64,000 bases of DNA, from positions 17,794,001 to 17,858,000 of the forward strand of contig OZ024744.1 of assembly GCA_964016885.1 (NCBI GenBank), in the 5' to 3' direction. The position numbers and the translations under genes are program-made. The notes beneath the pieces are model-generated. The model was given only the letters and a program-made list of their open reading frames with translations. It did not search any database and was not told where the DNA came from. The stretch is from Eledone cirrhosa (taxonomy: Eukaryota). Positions 54,101 through 64,000 of the stretch are shown in pieces; positions within the stretch are counted from its first letter, which is position 1, and each line of letters opens with the position of its first letter.

Positions 54101-57100
54101 TATGTTTGTGTATGTCTGTGTCACTGTGTATGTCACTGTGTGTTTCTGTATGTCTGTGTCACTGTGTATGTCACTGAGTGTTTCTGTATGTCTGTGTCAC
54201 TATGTATGTCGCTGTATGTTTGTGTTGTCTGTGTCACTGTGTATGTTACTGGGTGTTTCTGTATGTCTGTGTCACTGTGTATGTCACTGTGCGTTTCTGT
54301 ATGTATGTATCACTGTGTATGTCACTGTGTGTTTCTGTATGTCTGTGTCACTGTCTATGTCACTGTATCTTTGTGTATGTCTGTGTCACTGTGTATGTCA
54401 ATGTGTGTTTCTGTATGTATGTGTCTCTGTGTATGTCACTGTATCTTTGTTTATGTCTGTGTCACTGTGTACGTCAATGTATGTTTCTGAATGTCTGTGT
54501 CACTGTGTATGTCACTGTGTGTTTCTGTATGTCTGTGTCACGGTGTATGTCACTGTATGTTTGTGCGTGTCTGTGTCACTGTGTATGTGACTGTGTGTTT
54601 GTGTATGTCTGTTTCACTGTATGTTTCTGTATGTATGTGTCACTGTGTATGTCACTTTGTGTTTCTGTATGTCTGTGTCACCGTGTATGTCACTGTATCT
54701 TTGTGTATGCCTGTGTCACTGTGTATGTCACTGTGTGATTCTGTATGTATGTGTCACTGTGTATGTCACTGTGTGTTTCTGTATGTTTGTGTCACTGTGT
54801 ATGTCACTAAATGTTTGTGTGTGTCTGTGTCTCTGTCTATGTCACTGTGTGTTTGCGTGTGTCTGTGTCACTGTGTATGTCACTGTGTGTTTCTGTATGT
54901 CTGTGTCACTGTGTATGTCACTGTATCTTTGTGTATGTCTGTGTCACTCTGTATGTCACTGTGTGTTTCTGCATGTCTGTGTCACTGTGTATGTCACTGT
55001 GTGTTTCTGTATGTCTGTGTCACTCTGTATGTCACTGTATATTTCTGTATGTTTGTGTCACTGTGTATGTCCCTGTATCTTTGTGTATGTATGTGTCCCT
55101 GTGTATGTCACTGTATGTTTCTGTATGTCTGTGTCACTGTGTATGTCACTGTGTGTTTCTGTATGTCTGTGTCACTGTGTATGTCACTGTATATTTGTGT
55201 ATGTCTGTGTCACCGTGTATGCCACTGTATGTTTGTGTATGTCTATGTCACTGTGTATGTCACTGTATATTTGTGTATGACTGTGTCACGGTGTATGTCA
55301 CTGTATGTTTGTGTATGTCTGTGTCACTGTGTATGTCACTGTGTGTTTATGTATGTCTGTGTCACTGTGTATGTCACTGTATCTTTGTGTATGTCTGTGT
55401 CACTGTGTATTTCACTGTCTGTCTCTGTATGTCTGTGTCACTATCTATGTCACTGTATCTTTGTGTATGTCTGTGTCTCTGTGTATGTCACTGTGTGTTT
55501 CTGTATGTCTGTGTCTCTGTGTATGTCACTGTATGTTTGTGTGTGTCTGTGTCACTGTGTATGCCAATTATGTCTCTGTATGTCTGTGTCAGTGTGTATG
55601 TCACTGGGTGTTTCTGTATGTCTGTGTCACTCTGTATATCACTGTATCTTTGTGTAGGTCTGTGTCACCGTGTATGTCACTGTATCTTTGTGTATGTCTG
55701 TGTCACTGTGTATGTCATTATATATTTGTGTATGTCTGTGTGACTGTGTATGTCACTGTATGTTCCTGTATGTCTGTGTCACTGTGTATGTCACTGTATC
55801 TTTGTGTATGTCTGTGTCACTGTGTATGTCACTGTGTGTTTCTTTATGTCTGTGTTTCTGTGTATGTCATTGTATCTTTGTGTATGTCTGTGTCACTGTG
55901 TATGTCACTGTGTGTTTCTGTATATCTGTGTCTCTGTGTATGTCTCTGTATCTGTATGTATATCTGTGTCACTGTGTATGTCACTGTATCTTTCTGTATG
56001 TCTGTGTCACGGTGTATATCACTGTATGTTTCTGTATGTCTGTGTCACTGTCCATCTCACTGTATGTTTCTGAATGTCTGTGTCACTGTGTATGTCACTG
56101 TGCGTTTCTGTATGTCTCTGTCACTGTGTATGTCACTGTGTGTTTCTGTATGTCTGTGTCACTGTATATGTCACTGTATGTTTGTGTATGTCGGTGTCAC
56201 TGTGTATGTCACTGTGTGTTTCTGTATGTCTGTGTCACTGTGTATGTCACTGAGTGTTTCTGTATGTCTGTGTCACAAGGTATGTCGCTGTATGTTTGTG
56301 TTGTCTGTGTCACTGTGTATGTCACTGGGTGTTTCTGTATGCCTGTGTCACTGTGTATGTCACTGTGCGTTTCTGTATGTATGTATCACTGTGTATGTCA
56401 CTGTGAGTTTCTGTATGTCTGTGTCACTGTCCATCTCACTGTATGTTTCTGAATGTCTGTGTCACTGTGTATGTCACTGTGCGTTTCTGTATGTCTCTGT
56501 CACTGTGTATGTCACTGTGTGTTTCTGTATGTCTGTGTCACTGTATATGTCACTGTATGTTTGTGTATGTCTGTGTCACTGTCTATGTCACTGTATCTTT
56601 GTGTATGTCTGTGTCACTGTGTATGTCAATGTGTGTTTCTGTATGTATATGTCTCTATGTATGTCACTGTATCTTTGTGTATGTATGTGTCACTGTGTAT
56701 GTCACTGTGTGTTTGTGTATGCCTGTGTCACTGTGTATGTTACTGTGAGTTTCTGTATGTCTGTGTCACTGTGTATGTCACTGTATATTTCTGTATGTCT
56801 GTGTCAGTGTGTATGTCACTGGGTGTTTCTGTATGTCTGTGTCACTCTGTATATCACTGTATCTTTGTGTAGGTCTGTGTCACCGTGTATGTCACTGTGA
56901 GTTTCTGTATGTCTGTGTCACTGTGTATGTCACAGTGTGTTTCTGTATGTATGTGTCACTGTCTATGTCACTGTATCTTTGTGTATGTATACGTCACTGT
57001 GTATGTCACTGTGTGTTTCTGTATGTCTGTGTCTCTGTGTATGTCACTGTATGTTTGTGTGTGTCTGTGTCACTGTGTATGCCAATTATGTCTCTGTATG

Positions 57101-60100
57101 TCTGTGACAGTGTGTATGTCACTGGGTGTTTCTTTATGTCTGTGTCACTCTGTATATCACTGTATCTTTGTGTAGGTCTGTGTCACCGTGTATGTCACTG
57201 TATCTTTGTGTATGTCTGTGTCACTGTGTATGTCATTATATCTTTGTGTATGTCTGTGTGACTGTGTATGTCACTGTATGTTCCTGTATGTCTGTGTCAC
57301 TGTGTATGTCACTGTATCTTTGTGTATGTCTGTGTCACTGTGTATGTCACTGTGTGTTTCTGTATGTCTGTGTTTCTGTGTATGTCATTGTATCATTGTG
57401 TATGTCTGTGTCACTGTGTATGTCACTGTGTGTTTCTGTATATCTGTGTCTCTGTGTATGGCTCTGTATCTGTATGTATATCTGTGTCACTGTGTATGTC
57501 ACTGTATCTTTCTGTATGTCTGTGTCACGGTGTATATCACTGTATGTTTCTGTATGTCTGTGTCACTGTCCATCTCACTGTATGTTTCTGAATGTCTGTG
57601 TCACTGTGTATGTCACTGTGCGTTTCTGTATGTCTCTGTCGCTGTGTATGTCACTGTGTGTTTCTGTATGTCTGTGTCACTGTATATGTCACTGTATGTT
57701 TGTGTATGTCTGTGTCACTGTGTATGTCACTGTGTGTTTCTGTATGTCTGTGTCACTGTGTATGTCACTGTATGTTTGTGTATGTATGTCTCACTGTGTA
57801 TGTCACTGTGTGTTTATGTATGTCTGTGTCACTGTGTATGTCACTGTATTTTTGTGTATGTCTGTGTCACTGTGTATGTCACTGTGTGTTTATGTATGTC
57901 TGTGTCACTGTGTATGTCACTGTATCTTTGTGTATGTCTGTGTCACTGTGTATTTCACTGTCTGTCTCTGTATGTCTGTGTCACTATCTATGTCACTGTA
58001 TCTTTGTGTATGTCTGTGTCTCTGTGTATGTCACTGTGTGTTTCTGTATGTCTGTGTCTCTGTGTATGTCACTGTATGTTTGTGTGTGTCTGTGTCACTG
58101 TGTATGCCAATTATGTATCTGTATGTCTGTGTCAGTGTGTATGTCACTGGGTGTTTCTGTATGTCTGTGTCACTCTGTATATCACTGTATCTTTGTGTAG
58201 GTCTGTGTCACCGTGTATGTCACTGTATCTTTGTGTATGTCTGTGTCACTGTGTATGTCATTATATCTTTGTTTTTATTCTGTGTGACTGTGTATGTCAC
58301 TGTATGTTTCTGTATGCCTGTGTCAATGTGTTTGTCACTGTGTGTTTATGTATGTCTGTGTCACTGTGTATGTCACTGTATCTTTGTGTATGTCTGTGTC
58401 ACTGTGTATTTCACTGTCTGTCTCTGTATGTCTGTGTCACTATCTATGTCACTGTATCTTTGTGTATGTCTGTGTCTCTGTGTATGTCACTGTGTGTTTC
58501 TGTATGTCTGTGTCTCTGTGTATGTCACTGTATGTTTGTGTGTGTCTGTGTCACTGTGTATGCCAATTATGTATCTGTATGTCTGTGTCAGTGTGTATGT
58601 CACTGGGTGTTTCTGTATGTCTGTGTCACTCTGTATATCACTGTATCTTTGTGTAGGTCTGTGTCACCGTGTATGTCACTGTATCTTTGTGTATGCCTGT
58701 GTCACTGTGTATGTCATTATATCTTTGTTTTTATTCTGTGTCACTGTCCATCTCACTGTATGTTTCTGAATGTCTGTGTCACTGTGTATGTCACTGTGCG
58801 TTTCTGTATGTCTCTGTCACTGTGTATGTCACTGTGTGTTTCTGTATGTCTGTGTCACTGTATATGTCACTGTATGTTTGTTTATGTCTGTGTCACTGTG
58901 TATGTCACTGTGTGTTTCTGTATGTCTGTGTCACTGTGTATGTCACTGAGTGTTTCTGTATGTCTGTGTCACAATGTATGTCGCTGTATGTTTGTGTTAT
59001 CTGTGTCACTGTGTATGTCACTGGGTGTTTCTGTGTGTCTGTGTCACTGTGTATGTCACTGTGCGTTTCTGTATGTATGTATCACTGTGTATGTCACTGT
59101 GTGTTTCTGTATGTCTGTGTCACTGTGTAAGTCATTGTATTTTTGTGTATGTCTGTGGCACTCTGTATGTCATTGTGTGTTTCTGTATGTCTGTGTCACT
59201 GTCTATGTCACTGTATCTTTGTGTATGTCTGTGTCACTGTGTATGTCAATGTGTGTGACTGTATGTATATGTCTCTGTGTATGTCACTGTATCTTTGTGT
59301 ATGTATGTGTCACTGTGTATGTCACTGTGTGTTTGTGTATGCCTGTGTCACTGTGTATGTTACTGTGAGTTTCTGTATGTCTGTGTCACTGTGTATGTCA
59401 CTGTATATTTCTGTATGTCTGTGTCAGTGTGTATGTCACTGGGTGTTTCTGTATGTCTGTGTCACTCTGTATATCACTGTATCTTTGTGTAGGTCTGTGT
59501 CACCGTGTATGTCACTGTGAGTTTCTGTATGTCTGTGTCACTGTGTATGTCACAGTGTGTTTCTGTATGTATGTGTCACTGTCTATGTCACTGTATCTTT
59601 GTGTATGTGTACGTCACTGTGTATGTCACTGTGTGTTTCTGTATGTCTGTGTCTCTGTGTATGTCACTGTATCTTTGTGTATGTCTGTGTCACTGTGTAT
59701 GTCACTGTGTGTTTCTGTATGTCTGTGTCACTGTGTATGTCAATGTGTGTTTCTGTATATCTGTGTCTCTGTGTATGTCACTGTATCTTTGTGTATGTCT
59801 GTGTCACTGTGTATGTCACTGTATCTTTGTGTATGTCTGTGTCACTCTATATGTCACTGTACGTTTGTGTATGTCTGTGTGACTGTGTATGTCACTGTAT
59901 GTTTCTGTATGTCTGTGTCACTGTGTATGTCACTGTATGTTTGTGTATGTATGTGTCATTGTGTATGTCACTGTGTGTTTATGTATGTCTGTGTCACTGT
60001 GTATTTCACTGTCTGTCTCTGTATGTCTGTGTCACTATCTATGTCACTGTATCTTTGTGTATGTCTGTGTCTCTGTGTATGTCACTGTGTGTTTCTGTAT

Positions 60101-60186
60101 GTCTGTGTCTCTGTGTATGTCACTGTATGTTTGTGTGTGTCTGTGTCACTGTGTATGCCAATTATGTCTCTGTATGTCTGTGTCAG
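51131..60186 (+). repeat. 9,018-bp tandem duplication, copy 2 (contains a partial and a full 3,259-bp unit: 51131-53625, 53626-56884)
   Basis: Directly abuts copy 1. Only about ten differences were seen by eye. Similarity ends at 51142/60198. Confidence 0.95.
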
Positions 60187-63100
60187 TGTGTATGTCACTG
60201 GGTGTTTCTGTATGTCTGTGTCACTCTGTATATCACTGTATCTTTGTGTAGGTCTGAGTCACCGTGCATGTCACTGTATCTTTGTGTATGTCTGTGTCAC
60301 TGTGTATGTCATTATATCTTTGTTTTTATTCTGTGTGACTGGGTATGTCACTGTATGTTTCTGTATGCCTGTGTCACTGTGTTTGTCACTGTGTGTTTAT
60401 GTATGTCTGTGTCACTGTGTATGTCACTGTATCTTTGTGTATGTCTGTGTCACTGTGTATTTCACTGTCTGTCTCTGTATGTCTGTGTCACTATCTATGT
60501 CACTGTATCTTTGTGTATGTCTGTGTCTCTGTGTATGTCACTGTGTGTTTCTGTATGTCTGTGTCTCTGTGTATGTCATTGTATCTTTGTGTATGTCTGT
60601 GTCACTGTGTATGTCACTGTGTGTTTCTGTATATCTGTGTCTCTGTGTATGTCTCTGTATCTGTATGTATATCTGTGTCACTGTGTATGTCACTGTATCT
60701 TTCTGTATGTCTGTGTCACTGTCCATCTCACTGTATGTTTCTGAATGTCTGTGTCACTGTGTATGTCACTGTGCGTTTCTGTATGTATGTGTCACTGTGT
60801 ATGTCACTGTGAGTTTATGTATGTCTGTGTCACTGTGTATGTCACTGTATATTTCTGTATGTCTGTGTCACCGTGTATGTCACTGTGAGTTTCTGTATGT
60901 CTGTGTCACTGTGTATGTCACAGTGTGTTTCTGTATGTATGTGTTACTGTCTATGTCACTGTATCTTTGTGTATGTATACGTCACTGTGTATGTCACTGT
61001 GTGTTTCTGTATGTCTGTGTCTCTGTGTATGTCACTGTATCTTTGTGTATGTCTGTGTCACTGTGTATGTCACTGTATCTTTGTGTATGTCTGTGTCACT
61101 CTATATGTCACTGTACGTTTGTGTATGTCTGTGTGACTGTGTATGTCACTGTATGTTTCTGTATGTCCGTGTCACTGTGTATGTCACTGTGTGTTTCTGT
61201 ATGTCTGTGTCTCTGTGTATGTCACTGTATCTTTGTGTATGTCTGTGTCACTGTGTACGTCACTGTGTGTTTCTGTATGTATGTGTCACTGTCTATGTCA
61301 CTGTATGTTTCTGAATGTCTGTGTCACTGTGTATGTCAGTGTGTTTCTGTATGTCTGTGTCACGGTGTATGTCACTGTATGTTTGTGGGTGTCTGTGTCA
61401 CTGTGTATGTCACTGTGTGTTTGTGTATGTCTGTGTCACTGTATGTTTCTGTATGTCTGTGTCACTGTGTATGTCACTGTGTGTTTCTGTATGTCTGTGT
61501 CACCGTGTATGTCACTGTATCATTGTGTATGCCTGTGTCACTGTGTATGTCACTGTGTGATTCTGTTTGTCTGTGTCACTGTGTATGTCACTGTATGTTT
61601 CTGTATGTTTGTGTCACTGTGTATGTCACTAAATGTGTATGTGTGTCTGTGTCTCTGTCTATGTCACTGTGTTTTTGCGTGTGTCTGTGTCACTGTGTAT
61701 GTCACTGTGTGTTTCTGTATGCCTGTGTGACTGTGTATGTCACTGTCTGTTTGTGTATGTCTGTGTCACTGTGTGTGTTTCTGTATGTCTGTCTCACTGT
61801 GCATGTCATTGTATCTTTGTGTATGTCTGTGTCACTGTGTATGTCACTGTATCTTTGTGTATGTCTGTGTCACTCTGTATGTCACTGAGTGTTTCTGCTT
61901 GTCTGTGTCACTGTGTATGTCACTGTATGTTTCTGTATGTCTGTTTCACTGTGTATGTCACTGTGTGTTTCTGTATGTCTCTGACACTCTGTATGTCACT
62001 GTATATTTCTGTATGTCTGTGTCACTGTGTATGTCACTGTATCTTTGTGTATGTATGTGTCCCTGTGTATGTCACTGTATGTTTCTGTATGTATGTGTCA
62101 CTGTATATCACTGTATGTTTCTGTATGTCTGTGTCACTGTATATCTCACTGTGTGTTTCTGAATGTCTGTGTCACTGTGTATGTCACTGTGCGTTTCTGT
62201 ATGTCTGTGTCACGGTGTATGTCACTGTATGTTTGTGTGTGTCTGTGTCACTGTGTATGTCACTGTGTGTTTGTGTATGTCTGTGTCACTGTATGTTTCT
62301 GTATGTCTGTGTCACTGTGTACGTCACTGTGTGTTTCTGTATGTATGTGTCACTGTGTATGTCACTGTATGTGTGTGTATGTCTGTGTCACGGTGTATGT
62401 CACTGTATCTTTGTGTATGTCTGTGTCACTGTGTATGTCAATGTCTCTGTGTGTTTCTGTATGTCTGTGTCTCTGTGTATGTCACTGTATCTTTGTGTAT
62501 GTATGTGTCACTGTGTATGTCACTGTGTGTTTCTGTATGTTTGTGGCACTGTGTGTGTCACTGTGTGTTTCTGCATGTCAGTGTCACTGTGTATGTCACT
62601 GTGTGTTTGTGTATGTCTGTGTCACTGTGTATGTCACTGTGTGTTTCTGTATGTCTGTGTAACTGTGTATGTCACTGTGTGTTTCTATATGTCTGTGTCT
62701 CTGTGTATGTCACTGAGTGTTTATGTATGTCTGTGTCACTATGTATGTCGCTGTATGTTTGTGTTGTCTGTGTCACTGTGTATGTCACTGGGTGTTTCTG
62801 TATGTCTGTGTCACTGTGTATGTCACTGTACGTTTCTGTATGTATGTATCACTGTGTATGTCACTGTGTGTTTCTGTATTCTGTGTCACTGTCTATGTCA
62901 CTGTATCTTTGTGTATGTCTGTGTCACTGTGTATGTCAATGTGTGTTTCTGTATGTATGTGTCTCTGTGTATGTCACTGTATCTTTGTGTATGTATGTGT
63001 CACTGTGTATGTCACTGTGTGTTTGTGTATGTCTGTGTCACTGAGTATGTTACTGTGAGTTTCTGTATGTCTGTGTCACTGTGTATGTCACTGTATATTT

Positions 63101-64000
63101 CTGTATGTCTGTGTCAGTGTGTATGTCACTGGGTGTTTCTGTATGTCTGTGTCACACTGTATATCATTGTATATTTGTGTAGGTCTCTGTCACCGTGTAT
63201 GTCACTGTGAGTTTCTGTATGTCTGTGTCACTGTGTATGTCACAGTGTTTTTCTGTATGTATGTGTCACTGCGTATGTCACTGTATGTCTCTGTATGTAT
63301 GTGTCACTGTCTATGTCACTGTATCTTTGTGTATGTCTACGTCACTGTGTATGTCACTGTGTGTTTCTGTATGTCTGTGTCTCTGTGTATGTCACTGTAT
63401 CTTTGTGTATGTCTGTGTCACTGTGTATGTCACTCTGTGTTTCTGTATATCTGTGTCACTGTGTATGTCACTGTGTGTTTCTGTATATATGTGTCTCTGT
63501 GTATGTCACTGTATCTTTGTGTATGCTTGTGTCACTGTGTATGTCACTGTATCTGTGTGTATGTCTGTGTCACGGTGTATATCACTGTATGTTTGTGTAT
63601 GTCTGTGTCACTCTATATGTCACTGTACGTTTGTGTATCTCTGTGTGACTGTGTATGTCACTGTATGTTTGTGTATGTCTGTGTCACTGTGTACGTCACT
63701 GTGTGTTTCTGTATGTATGTGTCACTGTCTATGTCACTATATGTTTCTGAATGTCTGTGTCACTGTGTATGTCACTGTGTGTTTCTGTATGTCTGTGTCA
63801 CGGTGTATGTCACTGTATGTTTGTGTGTGTCTGTGTCACTGTGTATGTCACTGTGTGTTTGTGTATGTCTGTGTCACTGTATGTTTCTGTATGTCTGTGT
63901 CACTGTGTATGTCACTGTCTGTATCTGTATGTCTGTGTCACCGTGTATGTCACTGTATCTTTGTGTATGCCTGTGTCACTGTGTATGTCACTGTGTGATT

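Larger units (their letters stand above)
1..64000 (+). repeat. 38-bp tandem satellite/minisatellite array, ~1,700 monomers, consensus GTCACTGTGTATGTCACTGTGTGTTTCTGTATGTCTGT (TG-rich strand = +)
   Basis: The monomer can be read continuously from start to end (e.g. 1561-1598, 1599-1636). It has an internal direct repeat of GTCACTGT at a 12-bp offset and a variable 8-bp block. The consensus is 18 T, 10 G, 6 C, 4 A. No strand switch or non-repeat insertion was seen, and the array continues past both window edges. Confidence 0.99.

Noticed and set aside
60538-60726. Sole minus-strand ORF (62 aa, T/D/Q/H-rich)
   Set aside because: It is an antisense translation of about five monomers in which variants happen to remove the in-frame TGA.
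4-63998. Hundreds of long + strand ORFs (up to 819 aa) rich in C, V, L, S, M, Y and H
   Set aside because: They are overlapping translations of the 38-bp repeat in all three frames. There is no domain, no unique sequence and no frame preference, and stops arise only from sporadic variants.
1-64000. CRISPR array (repeat length in the CRISPR range, with an alternating conserved/variable pattern)
   Set aside because: There are no unique spacers. The variable part is only 8 bp with a handful of recurring alleles, and there is no leader, cas gene or palindromic repeat.
1-64000. Telomerase-made telomeric tract (TG-rich strand bias)
   Set aside because: There are no G-runs or known telomere motif. 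The monomers are diverged and organised in kb-scale inherited duplications, which fits recombinational amplification rather than templated addition. A subtelomeric location cannot be excluded.
1-64000. Metallothionein- or zinc-finger-like protein suggested by CHCVCHC motifs
   Set aside because: Cys (TGT), Val (GTG/GTC/GTA) and His (CAC) are the unavoidable codons of TG/CA-rich repeats, and the spacing does not match those families.
1-64000. Pure sequencing or basecalling artefact, or synthetic low-complexity sequence
   Set aside because: Rare variants are faithfully shared among distant copies in a hierarchical pattern, as expected of an evolved array. The exact copy number of the largest duplications still needs read support.
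1-64000. Assignment to a named satellite family, centromere or species
   Set aside because: I do not recognise the monomer with confidence. This needs a BLAST/Dfam/Repbase search and chromatin data.

Overview
The whole 64 kb window is one uninterrupted, single-orientation tandem repeat array (satellite/very long minisatellite) that runs off both ends. The monomer is 38 bp, consensus GTCACTGTGTAT-GTCACTGT-[GTGTTTCT/ATGTTTCT/ATGTTTGT/ATCTTTGT]-GTATGTCTGT, with roughly 1,700 copies. It is built almost entirely from NT dinucleotides and looks like a (GT)n/(CA)n-derived complex repeat. I see no unique sequence, genes, RNA genes, transposon insertions or CRISPR spacers. The many Cys/Val-rich + strand ORFs are a by-product of the repeat. 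The real information is in the variant monomers, which reveal layered higher-order structure: an old ~2.4-2.6 kb marker cycle, ~5.6-6.4 kb older duplications, an ~11.45 kb duplication (about 8.3-30.2 kb), a ~1.93 kb duplication, a 3,259-bp unit present about 4.8 times, and a very recent 9,018-bp head-to-tail duplication (42.1-60.2 kb) that contains the 3,259-bp units. The most curious motif is that most monomers carry one or two perfect V(D)J RSS heptamers (CACAGTG on the minus strand), one of them 22 bp from a 7/9 nonamer match; any function is speculative. The organism cannot be identified from this sequence (a eukaryote is the likely source, by inference). Offsets were read by hand from diagnostic variants and the ORF track, so boundaries are approximate to about one monomer.
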